Below are positions 46,554-56,283 of a stretch of DNA of 64,000 nucleotides, one piece after another (the first letter of the stretch is position 1; each line of letters begins with the position of its first letter). The stretch is from a virus (Duplodnaviria; Heunggongvirae; Uroviricota; Caudoviricetes). A program made the translations under genes and the position numbers. The notes below the pieces were generated by a model. It was given only the letters and a program-made list of their open reading frames with translations, made no database searches and had not been told where the DNA came from. The stretch spans positions 30,666 to 94,665 of the IMG/VR virus record IMGVR_UViG_3300031712_000052; one strand, written 5' to 3'.

Positions 46554-46883
46554 TCACTTGATTTGCGCAAGGCCGGGAGGGCTGAAGATGTGATCTGTTT
46601 TCTCTGCAATCCAACCATACTTGAGCATCATGTCTGCCTCTCCTTCATCTTCATAGAAGATGCCCATTAGAACGGTCAGGAATGGAACCATCTGACCGCC
46701 CGGCAGTAGATGCCAGTCTACAGTGTGTACTTTGCCCTCCCAGTCAATATCCCCACCTACACCTTTGAGCTCCATCCCACGTATGAAGAAATCATCACCT
46801 TCTCGCGGGAGGAACTTCAGATCAATAGCTTTGGTGAATCGTTTGTCGGTGTTTTGGTACTCGGTTCTTATGATGGCATTCAT
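46554..46883 (-). CDS. Hypothetical protein.
   Basis: 109 aa. Confidence 0.45.
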   Translation of the reverse strand: MNAIIRTEYQNTDKRFTKAIDLKFLPREGDDFFIRGMELKGVGGDIDWEGKVHTVDWHLLPGGQMVPFLTVLMGIFYEDEGEADMMLKYGWIAEKTDHIFSPPGLAQIK

Positions 46884-46909
46884 CTAGCTCTTCCTCTCAT
46901 GTTGCTTTG

Positions 46910-47230
46910 TCAGTTGGTAGCGGCCGGGAAGGGATTGATCAACTGTGTGCTTTCTACATCATCAGTTGATGCCACCATGGTTGCTCCTGTTCCCTGAAGG
47001 ATGAATAGCCAGCTTCGCTCTGTCACCTCTGCCTTGTGCCCCTTCAGCTTGCAGCATATCTCTGTGACCTGCGGAAGCCAGGAGCATAGCTGTGGGGCCC
47101 ACTTGCCCTCATAGGTGCCCTCATCAATCATGTGGGCCAGGAGAGCACTGAACTGCTGTAGGAAGGTCTCAACATCCTTGCAGTCTGTGCCTATGCCCAT
47201 ACTGTCTCCACTCTTGTAGAGCCTTACCAT
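46910..47230 (-). CDS. Hypothetical protein.
   Basis: 106 aa. Confidence 0.45.
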   Translation of the reverse strand: MVRLYKSGDSMGIGTDCKDVETFLQQFSALLAHMIDEGTYEGKWAPQLCSWLPQVTEICCKLKGHKAEVTERSWLFILQGTGATMVASTDDVESTQLINPFPAATN

Positions 47231-47247
47231 GTGCCTTGTCCTCTCTT

Positions 47248-47532
47248 CTATGGCATAGGTGCCATGTACGTCGGGACTACTGATACCTCTTGAGTGACAT
47301 TACCCTCCATGATGCTCAGTATGGCCTCTTCCCACTTCTCCAGTGGCGGGACGTTTAGCCATAGAACTAGTGCCTCTCTTATCCCTTTCCATGCCGGTGT
47401 GTAGTACTCCGGCGGAAGATAAGTTGCATCACGCCGTACCATCAAGAGCTTCTCTCGTAATGCCCACATCCCTTCGGGTACGTACTTGAGTATTTGATCA
47501 ATTACATTGGCTGGCTTTCTAGTGCTTTGCAT
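47248..47532 (-). CDS. Hypothetical protein, paralogous to 47581-47865.
   Basis: Shared AYLPPEY..PAW..L core. Confidence 0.45.
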   Translation of the reverse strand: MQSTRKPANVIDQILKYVPEGMWALREKLLMVRRDATYLPPEYYTPAWKGIREALVLWLNVPPLEKWEEAILSIMEGNVTQEVSVVPTYMAPMP

Positions 47533-47580
47533 CTAGTGCTTGTCCTTTCTTCAAACAGTGTGGCCGGTAAAGAGATCAAG

Positions 47581-47865
47581 TCACGTATAGTGTGACCATG
47601 AGTACCGTATCACCATGCTTATGGCCTTCTCCCAGTCATGAACCGGCGGGATGTGAAGAGACTTCTCTAGTGCCCTGGTCAGGTTAAACCATGCTGGATG
47701 CTTGTACTCCGGCGGAAGATAGGCTGAGTCGTCTCGTATGGTCTCTAGCTCCTTACGTAGAGCCGCCAACGGTTGAAAGTGAATATTCCCCTCCTCTGCG
47801 GGTATGTGTATAAGAATGTCATTGATCACATCGAATGGGTCTCTAGACATAGATTTGTCCTCCAC
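47581..47865 (-). CDS. Hypothetical protein, paralogous to 47248-47532. It is the first gene of the minus block.
   Basis: 94 aa. Confidence 0.45.
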   Translation of the reverse strand: MEDKSMSRDPFDVINDILIHIPAEEGNIHFQPLAALRKELETIRDDSAYLPPEYKHPAWFNLTRALEKSLHIPPVHDWEKAISMVIRYSWSHYT

Positions 47866-48223
47866 CCTACTTATACCTGCTCTACCCCACTCTCTTGCCC
47901 TTCCTTACCTTTCCTCAAACAAAACGACCGGCGGAAGAAGAGTCACTCTATCCCTCACTTTCAGTAACCCCCTCACCTACTACCCTGGCTACTACAGATG
48001 TGAGACTGATTGCATAGAGGCACTGATTGCATGGGTATGTGTACTCTCTAGCGTTACATTGTAAGTGGCTTATGATCTGTTTTTAATAGATCGAGCTAAT
48101 TCCTTAATGATGTCGTGTAGTTACGTGACTAGGTCGTATTGATAGACCCCTATGTCGTGTAAGTGCGTAAAAGTACTTGCAATATGGGTGTTCTTGGTCA
48201 ATTATTAGATCTTATGAGCACCC

Positions 48224-48300
48224 ATCCTCAGTAGCCTGAGACCTTCTCACTAGCCTCTCCTCAGTAGCCTCTCCTCAGTAGCCTCTCCTCAGTAGCCTGG
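48224..48300. repeat. Tandem 14-bp repeat TAGCCTCTCCTCAG, three full copies plus partial copies, in the strand-switch intergenic region.
   Basis: Full copies at 48251-48292. Partial copies at 48226-48250 and 48293-48300. Confidence 0.7.
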
Positions 48301-48326
48301 GTAGCGCATATGCAAGGAGCCTGAAA

Positions 48327-48557
48327 ATGTACGAAGAGTCGACACAACGCATGGTGAAGTCTAGAGCTGAAGGATGTCCTAGGTGTGATGGTGAGCTAGC
48401 CACAGTTCTTCCCGGCTCTGTTGATATAGAGCGGGTATGCATCTGCAGGTCTTGTGCAGCTGTGGTGACCTACAGTGATGTAGACGTAAACGGGATGGCG
48501 GAGGCACAGGCTCTATCTTCAGCACCTCTATCCCATAGGCGTACAGCTTCAGCCTAA
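48327..48557 (+). CDS. Small zinc-ribbon protein, the first gene of the second plus block.
   Basis: GGAG RBS. Motifs CPRCDG...CICRSC. Confidence 0.45.
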   Translation: MYEESTQRMVKSRAEGCPRCDGELATVLPGSVDIERVCICRSCAAVVTYSDVDVNGMAEAQALSSAPLSHRRTASA

Positions 48558-48947
48558 GACCCGCCAGGCTCATTCTAGTGGCCGGCAAGGGTGTTGTAGA
48601 GCAGTGCTTGCTCACTCAGTTAGCTATGTCTTTATGAATTGCTAGCCCCCTAGTGCCCCTGGGTCACGCATATGGTAGGGGTAGGGGTACCCATCCAAAC
48701 AGATCAAGGTACCCTGGTTCACGCATATGGCATAGTGAGTAGGGTCTGATCAATTTGGTCCTGGTACTCTGTGTTGTGTGTATGGTGGGGGGTACACTGG
48801 GGACTTTGATCTAATTGGCTCTAGAACCATAGGGAATGCCTATGGGGTGGGGTAGGGGTATGGGGCAAGGGCTAGGTAATTTGCGGGTATAAGTATAGTG
48901 AGGCTGATATCACGTTTTTAGATCAACAACTTACCAAGAGAGGCACC

Positions 48948-49181
48948 ATGAAGACCACGACGGGAATCATTGCTAAGGGAGACTTAGATCTAGGGCATCG
49001 AGAAGAACATCACCAAGTAGAAAGGATGGAAAGACCCAACATAGTTGAAGACAGGACTAACCTGAGGGGAGCGATAGCTCTTGATGAGGAGCTTCTACAG
49101 CAAGAAGCGGAGGAAAGGGAGGCATCCCTAATGGACGACGAGAAGGCAAAGCCACCCTACAGGAGGGAGCACCATGATTAG
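48948..49181 (+). CDS. Small hypothetical protein.
   Basis: 77 aa. Confidence 0.4.
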   Translation: MKTTTGIIAKGDLDLGHREEHHQVERMERPNIVEDRTNLRGAIALDEELLQQEAEEREASLMDDEKAKPPYRREHHD

Positions 49182-50301
49182 GGAACTCACTGAAGAGGAG
49201 AAGCCTATAGTTGAGCGAATGTTGAGGAAGGCACCAGATGGAGAAAAGAGGGACAAGGCGAGGGCTGCGATCTCAGGTCTGCTGGGAATAGGGTACACCT
49301 GGATTGAGTTAGATAGGTCGAACATAGTAGAGATGGTATTCGTACAAGATTTTCTTTCCAGCAAGCAACACTACCTAGGGAATCCAGAAGCGGTTCGGCG
49401 TATATGGGAGGTACTGCGGTTGCAATTCGGCATGAGTGATAAGCAGGTGATGCAAAGGCTCGATGATGTATCTACAGAGAAGCTAGATGGGAACGAAGAT
49501 TTAGTTATGGCATTTCATCGGGCACTGGTTGGTATACGGTGGATGGATTGTGGATTCCCGGCCATTAAGATCAGTCCAAAGTGGGCAGCAGCAGCACTAT
49601 GTACGAGGGTCACCAAAGACGTACTAGAAGGAATCAAACCACCGTGGGAGTCCTTTAAGATCTTAATGCCGAAAGATCCTATAGTGTACTGGAAGCACCC
49701 CAGTCTGGAACACCCTGAAACAAAGCCAAATGCATTGAGTGAGATATGTGTCAAGTACAACCCAGACTCTGGCATTTGGGTCTTACTATTTCATAGTGCT
49801 CCTGGCAATCAAGCTGCCATGCTGACTGTGTCTAAGACTACCAGTCTACTGAATGACATCGATGTTTGGGATCTCGATGGGGGAAATGTTTGGGAAAACA
49901 ACGTGGCCAAGTTGTCCTGTAGATTGGTTGTCTCTATACTCTGTACCTTCTCTGGGAACCATCTCACTCAGATCAATAGGGAGGTCCATGAGCAGTACGA
50001 GCGTGTGGGCAAAAAACGAGCATGTACACACCCAGTAGTTCGTGAGTTCCAACTGACCGAACCTGTGACGGTAGACCTGACAGAACATGTGCAAAGCTTC
50101 CAGCTAGGAGACCACCACAAGGGTAAGAAACTCGAGGTCCAGTTCATGGTCGCTGGACATAGGAAACGCCAACCCTATGGCCCTGGCCTCTCCCTACGTA
50201 AGCAGATATGGGTCCAGCCCTATTGGCGTGGCCCAGAAGATGCCCCTATTGCATTACGACCACATGTGATCAAAGGCCCTGCACCAGTTCCAGCTGCTTG
50301 A
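49174..50301 (+). CDS. Hypothetical 375-aa protein.
   Basis: Overlaps the upstream gene by 8 nt. Confidence 0.5.
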   Translation: MIRELTEEEKPIVERMLRKAPDGEKRDKARAAISGLLGIGYTWIELDRSNIVEMVFVQDFLSSKQHYLGNPEAVRRIWEVLRLQFGMSDKQVMQRLDDVSTEKLDGNEDLVMAFHRALVGIRWMDCGFPAIKISPKWAAAALCTRVTKDVLEGIKPPWESFKILMPKDPIVYWKHPSLEHPETKPNALSEICVKYNPDSGIWVLLFHSAPGNQAAMLTVSKTTSLLNDIDVWDLDGGNVWENNVAKLSCRLVVSILCTFSGNHLTQINREVHEQYERVGKKRACTHPVVREFQLTEPVTVDLTEHVQSFQLGDHHKGKKLEVQFMVAGHRKRQPYGPGLSLRKQIWVQPYWRGPEDAPIALRPHVIKGPAPVPAA

Positions 50302-50507
50302 TCGAAGTCAGTGTGATTGAGCCATTGGGCTCTTTCACTTTAGCCGTGGAACCTACTAGACCTGAGTACCTACTGGTCTATTGAGCTACTGCGTCACGTA
50401 CACTTATGTTTTAGTGCGCGCTATTTGATCTAAGCACTCTGTCATTGCAGAAGTAGGAGAAAAGGCGGTATAAGGACCCTGACCCCTACTAATGCTATGA
50501 AGGAGGC

Positions 50508-50756
50508 ATGATGAACACGAAACCGCTAGAACGATTACAGAAGCAAAAAATCCAGGTACTACTGAGTCTGAACTACTTAGATCTAATAGAGAAGGTGCTG
50601 GGAGAAGCTGATGGCGCTGGGTGGGCCGCTGGCCGTACAGGTTCTGTGAGACATGACTTGGAAAGCTTGCTGAGTAGAGTAGAGGTGGCTCGACTAGCAG
50701 AAGCCAAACGTGTAGTGCATGTTTCCCTTAAGCGGGCAAATAAAAGGATCAAGTGA
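50508..50756 (+). CDS. Hypothetical protein.
   Basis: 82 aa. Confidence 0.4.
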   Translation: MMNTKPLERLQKQKIQVLLSLNYLDLIEKVLGEADGAGWAAGRTGSVRHDLESLLSRVEVARLAEAKRVVHVSLKRANKRIK

Positions 50757-50992
50757 ACCTTCTCCGCCGGCTGTTTCGAAAGAAGGCCAAATGCTACACG
50801 TATACTATAGCTAGGGATGAAGAGGAGGCAGTGCACGACACCGAGCGTGTTGGTGGCACACTAGATTTGAGCGAGGCTCTACTGGAGCTGATGCATTTAA
50901 GGGAGGACAGGGAGGTCCAGGGACCTTGGAAGCTCTACCATATCGAAGTCTCAGTACACCACGAAGTTCAAGTAGACATCCTGGAGGACTAG
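50753..50992 (+). CDS. Hypothetical protein.
   Basis: ATGA overlap. Confidence 0.4.
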   Translation: MNLLRRLFRKKAKCYTYTIARDEEEAVHDTERVGGTLDLSEALLELMHLREDREVQGPWKLYHIEVSVHHEVQVDILED

Positions 50993-51634
50993 ATGGAATT
51001 GATCAAGAAAGTACGTCGATGGCTTGAGAGCTGGCACAAGTGGCCTTTCCGCCACATCAGTAAGGCACTGTACTGGCTCCGGACCCACACCTACAACCGG
51101 TACCATATGTTAGACATGCGTAGTCCAGTTAACGGATACTCGTGGGGATACAGTGACAAGAGCTATTTGATCTTATTTGCCAACATGGCTCTTCTCCGTG
51201 ACTTCATCGAGAAGGAGAAGGGATTCGAGTGCCATGTAGACTGGAGGTCAGCTGCAGAGGTAGCAGAGGCAAGAAAAGATGCTTGGAAACTGGAGGGGAA
51301 AGCTTCGGACTATGAGGAGGAGGATGATTGGGCTGCTGCCAACAGGGATGCACATGCGGTAGCCAGACTCGAGATGCTGACCATCTACGATTGGTGGACC
51401 AGGGGCAGGGCAGCAGAGCACAAGAAGGAGGACGAGCTTCTGGAGGCTGCCTATCCTAATCCTTTTGAGTTCGAGCCAATTCCAGGTTCCAACATGCTTC
51501 GATTGAAGAGTGATGAGACACCAGAGCTCAGGAAGTTACGGGACCAATGTCATGACATGGAGACGCTACTGGAGGAGAAGGACGAGGAGATGCTGATTCG
51601 TCTGATCAAAGTAAGTGGGTACATGTGGACCTAG
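50993..51634 (+). CDS. Hypothetical protein.
   Basis: 213 aa. Confidence 0.5.
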   Translation: MELIKKVRRWLESWHKWPFRHISKALYWLRTHTYNRYHMLDMRSPVNGYSWGYSDKSYLILFANMALLRDFIEKEKGFECHVDWRSAAEVAEARKDAWKLEGKASDYEEEDDWAAANRDAHAVARLEMLTIYDWWTRGRAAEHKKEDELLEAAYPNPFEFEPIPGSNMLRLKSDETPELRKLRDQCHDMETLLEEKDEEMLIRLIKVSGYMWT

Positions 51635-51813
51635 GGGCTTTTGATGTTTAACCTACTGCATCGTTGTGAATCAGTGATTCTGTGGGTCAGTGTTGGTCTA
51701 ATAGTCTTACTCACATGTGGTTGGTTCCTACTCATGGTGGTAGGAACCATTCACGATTATCGAGTACACAAGCGAATTGTACGAAGGATTAACCACATAA
51801 CTAGAGGGTCTAA

Positions 51814-52023
51814 ATGAGCATCACCAAGCTAGCCGACTGTTTGAATGGGCACGAGCCAATGCTCGATAGAAAGAGGGACGTCAAGACAGGGCGTATCGTT
51901 TATCAAGAGCACTGCACCTGTACAGGTGGGCCGAACAAGTACTCGATACCAGAAGCAGAGAGTGGATGGAACGCATTCATCAGGAAGCTAGTTGAGAGGG
52001 CAATACCAAGGGAGGCAAGGTAG
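51814..52023 (+). CDS. Hypothetical small protein.
   Basis: 69 aa. Confidence 0.35.
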   Translation: MSITKLADCLNGHEPMLDRKRDVKTGRIVYQEHCTCTGGPNKYSIPEAESGWNAFIRKLVERAIPREAR

Positions 52024-52025
52024 CC

Positions 52026-52268
52026 ATGGACATGTCGCAATTGCAGGGATTGAATCTACAGGAGACGAAGGAGGCTATTCTCATGTTGGCGCATTTGGCT
52101 GACGTGAAGATGGTACGTTACAGTGAACCAAGGAACTATCATGAGAAGGGTTTGTGGATACACTGGAAGGGTCTCAGAGATGGTTTATTTGAATTGGTGA
52201 CCCGTCAAGTGGGGGTACTAGAGGCAACCGAGATGCAGTATCACTGCGAGATGGGAAAGGACAAGTAA
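52026..52268 (+). CDS. Hypothetical small protein.
   Basis: 80 aa. Confidence 0.4.
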   Translation: MDMSQLQGLNLQETKEAILMLAHLADVKMVRYSEPRNYHEKGLWIHWKGLRDGLFELVTRQVGVLEATEMQYHCEMGKDK

Positions 52269-52432
52269 TTGGATCAGCCAAAGATAGAAGAGAAGTGCAT
52301 TCGTCTAGACAATCTACAATACATCATGCCTGGCTGGGGTTGTTGTCAGTGCCGAGTGTACAATGACTACAGCCGTCCAGTCTGTAAGAACTGTGGTCAC
52401 ACGCCTTGTTACCCACTACCGGAGGGAACCAC

Positions 52433-52600
52433 ATGACTATGTACCAGTGGTTGATGAAGGCATACAACGAGCATGCTGGCATTTCATTAACCCCAATCGA
52501 GACCAAGGAGCTAGCGCACGTGATGAGGAAGCTAGTCCAGTACAAGCGCACCCACAATGCACACGTAACATTCAGCAAGAAGCGCAAAAGGATCAAGTGA
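52433..52600 (+). CDS. Small basic protein.
   Basis: A GGAGGG RBS lies upstream of ATG 52433. Its stop overlaps the next gene's start as ATGA. Confidence 0.4.
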   Translation: MTMYQWLMKAYNEHAGISLTPIETKELAHVMRKLVQYKRTHNAHVTFSKKRKRIK

Positions 52601-53136
52601 TGGGTATAGACCATAAGTACAATGACAGGGACGCTCCCATTCTAGGGTTCAGAGGTCCTACCAAGTGGCTTTCCAACTTCTGGCCAGCTGACATCAAATT
52701 TGAGGGTCTCATATACCCTGCCAATGAGAACGCATTCCAGGCAGCCAAATTCCCGCAGGAGGAAAGGCTCAAGTTCACTGTATGCAATCCCAGGGAAGCC
52801 AAGGAGATGGGCAAGACTACGCCAATGAGCGAGCTTCGACTGAAGGAGTGGATGGGTGGTCTTCGGGACATGGTTATGCTCCAGGTTAACATGGAGAAGT
52901 ACCGAGCTCATGAGATACTGAGAAACACACTCATTGCTACTGGGAATGCCTATCTAGAAGAGACCAACAACTGGGGGGACAGGTACTGGGGAGTATGCGG
53001 TGGCGAGGGAGAGAACATGTTGGGTAGAATCCTCATGGAGCTCAGAACGCACCTGAAGCTAGACTGGAAAACGCACTTGTATGCATACGATGAGCGTATG
53101 ATGGACAACATTAAACAATGCAGGAGGGTTGCCTAA
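52600..53136 (+). CDS. NADAR domain protein of the YbiA/DUF1768 family.
   Basis: Motifs GFRGPTKWLSNFWPA, YPANENAFQAAKF, WGDRYWGVCGG and GENMLGRILMELR. The start is set at ATG 52600, not at the longer track ORF. Confidence 0.65.
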   Translation: MGIDHKYNDRDAPILGFRGPTKWLSNFWPADIKFEGLIYPANENAFQAAKFPQEERLKFTVCNPREAKEMGKTTPMSELRLKEWMGGLRDMVMLQVNMEKYRAHEILRNTLIATGNAYLEETNNWGDRYWGVCGGEGENMLGRILMELRTHLKLDWKTHLYAYDERMMDNIKQCRRVA

Positions 53137-53340
53137 TGACGGTACGACGACTGAAAAAAATGCTGGCCTTGTCCAAATTGTCAGATGATTCTGAGGTTGC
53201 AGTTCACACAGACTCAAACTTTAGAGACCATACAGTGAGTGGCTGTCGCTGTGAACCCCTCCGGTCACGCTACTTTGCTGGTCATGAACCTAAGTCCAAA
53301 GAAACAGACTGCCTGATTTTGGATGTTGACTGAGTAGCCA

Positions 53341-53622
53341 ATGCCTAAATGCACTCACAGATGGCAGCGAGTACCCCATCTAGGTAGATTCAAGTTCAAG
53401 TGTGATTGGTGTGAGTTGTTTGGTTTTTGTACTGAGTGGGGTAAGAACGGGAAGATACTTCCGCACTCCCAGGAAGTATCAAATGATTTGAGAGAGCAGT
53501 ACATTCAGTTGACTCTACGGAGGAACGGTAAGGTACCTCCTTCCAAGAGCAGCATATATGCTCCACCTCTTCCTTGCATATTACCTAGAGTTAGAAGTCA
53601 TGAAGAGCACCGCGAGGATTAA
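53341..53622 (+). CDS. Zn-ribbon module protein of the CxHxW...CxxC...GF type.
   Basis: CTHRWQRVPHLGRFKFKCDWCELFGF. Confidence 0.45.
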   Translation: MPKCTHRWQRVPHLGRFKFKCDWCELFGFCTEWGKNGKILPHSQEVSNDLREQYIQLTLRRNGKVPPSKSSIYAPPLPCILPRVRSHEEHRED

Positions 53623-54328
53623 GATACCTACATTCTGTCTACACCATTGGAAGCCTATTCCTGCAATAGGTGTACGCAAGTACATGTGCACCGAATGTTT
53701 GATGTTTGGGTTCAGGTTGAAGTGCGATCTTGTGTCCAGAACACACGAGCACTCAGTTGAAGTGTCTAATGACCTGTTAGACCAGTACTTGGCCCTAGTA
53801 CCCGTAGCTACGTATAAGGAGCCGGAGAAGAGGTCTGGACCTAGACCTGGTCCATTCAGAATGCTCGAGTACGATGGCTGTGAGCATAAGTGGGTTCCAG
53901 CTCCAGAGTATAGTGACTGCCGTCACTCACGGTTGCAATGTACCAAGTGTAAAAGGTTGGGGAGAAAGCTGGCAACTGGTGAGATAACTCCCTTTGTCAA
54001 AGAGTACGACGATAGCTTGCGGAGAAGTCATAAGGTCCAGCAGCGCCTTAATCAGGAGCCAGCATGTGCCCATGAGTGGAAGCCAGTACCACAACTAGAT
54101 ACTAAGTGCGTGAAGCGCTACGAGTGTAGTAAGTGTAGATGGTTGGGGTATAGAGTGGGTGTAAGGGTTCCGATCAAAACACACACTGTATATTCTACTG
54201 ACAGAATAAGATCTGAATATGAGCTGAACAGAAAGGACTCCAATGGTAAAGAAGAACAAAAAGACGGCGTCTTGCCCGAAGAACCCAAAGTGGCGCTCAA
54301 TATTCAAGAGTGCGGTGGGGAATCATAA
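53603..54328 (+). CDS. Protein carrying three copies of the same Zn-ribbon module.
   Basis: Copies are CLHHWKPIP...MCTECLMFGF, CEHKWVPAP...CTKCKRLG and CAHEWKPVP...CSKCRWLGY. Confidence 0.5.
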   Translation, partial: KSTARIKIPTFCLHHWKPIPAIGVRKYMCTECLMFGFRLKCDLVSRTHEHSVEVSNDLLDQYLALVPVATYKEPEKRSGPRPGPFRMLEYDGCEHKWVPAPEYSDCRHSRLQCTKCKRLGRKLATGEITPFVKEYDDSLRRSHKVQQRLNQEPACAHEWKPVPQLDTKCVKRYECSKCRWLGYRVGVRVPIKTHTVYSTDRIRSEYELNRKDSNGKEEQKDGVLPEEPKVALNIQECGGES

Positions 54329-54797
54329 GGGTAAAAGGAACTGTGTGTCCCCTCCACAAAAGACAATACCACCATATGAGATACATACAGACGGGAGAAC
54401 AGTGTGGGTGAATAACCCTACATGCGTAGCTAGGTTCTGCAGACTTTCATATGAGTTTGTGAATTTCGATAAGCTAGAATGCGTAGGCTTCGTTGCCAAA
54501 GGGTCCACAATCGAGGACTGGAGGACTTTTGTACTTGCTGTCTTCACAAGATTTGGAATCGCCATTCCAGATAAGTTCATGCCTAGCTACGTAGGAAAGC
54601 CCAGCCTGACCAAGGCGGAGTGGGCACTGCTGGAGGCGACAGATGGTATGTCACGTGGATCAGACCTGCGAGACTCAACAGGAATGTCAGACACTGAGGG
54701 TAATGCCATCATAACTTATGTCAAGAGGTTACGGTTGGAGCATGATGATGAATGGCGGAAGACAACGTGGGTAGAAATCATGTCTAAGGCGGATTAG
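54243..54797 (+). CDS. Hypothetical protein.
   Basis: The start is uncertain. It overlaps the upstream gene, and the GTG at 54312 is an alternative start. Confidence 0.4.
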   Translation: MVKKNKKTASCPKNPKWRSIFKSAVGNHKGKRNCVSPPQKTIPPYEIHTDGRTVWVNNPTCVARFCRLSYEFVNFDKLECVGFVAKGSTIEDWRTFVLAVFTRFGIAIPDKFMPSYVGKPSLTKAEWALLEATDGMSRGSDLRDSTGMSDTEGNAIITYVKRLRLEHDDEWRKTTWVEIMSKAD

Positions 54798-55059
54798 ATC
54801 AATGGGCAAGAGACGTACTTACAGATTGATAGCTGAAGACCAATGGCTACCCAGTGGCTTCGTGACTAGAGACATGAATCGGTATAACAGAGCCTGGACA
54901 AAGCTAGGTCGTACTTTGTCCAGCTTCTTTGATAAGAGATGCTTCGGTTGTAACCCAGGGTTCGTATTCGAGGGCCCAAGGGAACCCACTAGACTGGCAT
55001 CAGAGGATGCGATCAAAATCTGGGAACTCATCAACAAGAGGAAGTGGAAGGACTAGCGC

Positions 55060-55473
55060 ATGATCAGACCCAGTAATGGTGCGGCCCCATTCGAACTACC
55101 AGATGCGCCTGTGGATGGCTACAAGGTCACCTGGTGGAGAGTTGAGGGTTTTGATGACAATGTCCACGTGATCGAATGCCATGCCACGTACTATGTACAC
55201 AAGAAGTGGAATGAGTACTGTCCAGATAGACCGGGTGGTGCAGACATCATAGATTCGTGGATGATACAGGACATAATGAGGTGTAGGGGTGCTGGTTGGT
55301 CTAGCGCCTGGGATCTTGATGACTGGAAGAGGGACAAGTATTTCAGCACCAAGAAAGAGGCACTAGAGGAGGTCATACGGCAGTTAAGAATGAGCAGAGA
55401 GGAGTTTGTCAGTCTGAGCATACGGTGTGCTGACAACATCCACAAGCTGTTAGCAGAGCTGGGAGGTTTGTAA
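55060..55473 (+). CDS. Hypothetical protein.
   Basis: 137 aa. Confidence 0.45.
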   Translation: MIRPSNGAAPFELPDAPVDGYKVTWWRVEGFDDNVHVIECHATYYVHKKWNEYCPDRPGGADIIDSWMIQDIMRCRGAGWSSAWDLDDWKRDKYFSTKKEALEEVIRQLRMSREEFVSLSIRCADNIHKLLAELGGL

Positions 55474-55879
55474 ATGTGGACTTCACTAGTGTGTTTGTTC
55501 TTGGGGGCACTTACCTCTAACCAAGTTAGAGGTTGTCGTACACGCACCTCGGGATACGGGGCACTTTGAGGCCAGTGGGCCGTGTGCTTCACAAATCATG
55601 TCCCAGGCACTTCGTGCTGCACAGGGATTCACTACAGTGTCTTTGCTGTGCCCTAGATGCAGTAAGATCAAAGTAATCGAACAATGAACTGCTTTGCATG
55701 CGGTGGCCCGTACCATCCAGCTACGGGCCACTTGTTCCGTGAGTATGAGGGCGTCGCTTATTGTGGGCCTTGTATCCGACACTTCATCAACGAGTTCGTT
55801 AAGAATATGATGCAAGGTAGGAGATGGGGAGGAGTGAACTTCTATGAAGAGGCCGCAAAGAAACAAACAGGAGAAACCA

Positions 55880-56281
55880 ATGACTCAAATCAAAAAGCCA
55901 TATGACAGCCTATTGAACTATCGAGATTTTGTCCTCGATCTACTTCCCTATATTCACTGCACCAGTCGTGGTTCTGGTATTGGTAATAGAGCAACATTTC
56001 GTGTTGAGCTCAAGACAACACTACCTCCGGAACTAGTACAAAGGGCTATCTCTTTCAGTATGGCCTGTGTGGCGTGTGGCAAGAACATCAACCCATTCCG
56101 GTCCAGGGGGGAGAACCTACGTGGGAGGGCTGTTGGTATCTACTACTCAGCCACCTGTCCTACTGTGGTGAATAATCGGTGCTGCAGGACCACGCTAGCT
56201 ACAGCAGAGTTTGAATTGGTTGCTCACGCAGTACTAAGGGTAAAAGGAACTGTGTGTCCCCTACTAACAGCACAGAGATAG
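55880..56281 (+). CDS. Hypothetical Cys-rich protein.
   Basis: A CAGGAG RBS lies upstream of ATG 55880. Confidence 0.4.
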   Translation: MTQIKKPYDSLLNYRDFVLDLLPYIHCTSRGSGIGNRATFRVELKTTLPPELVQRAISFSMACVACGKNINPFRSRGENLRGRAVGIYYSATCPTVVNNRCCRTTLATAEFELVAHAVLRVKGTVCPLLTAQR

Positions 56282-56283
56282 CC

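Noticed and set aside
52363-52599. The N-terminal 79-aa extension of the NADAR ORF as listed in the track (52363-53136).
   Set aside because: The extension has odd composition. A well-placed ATG at 52600 starts exactly where the NADAR homology begins, and a separate small gene (52433-52600) occupies the extension in another frame with ATGA coupling.
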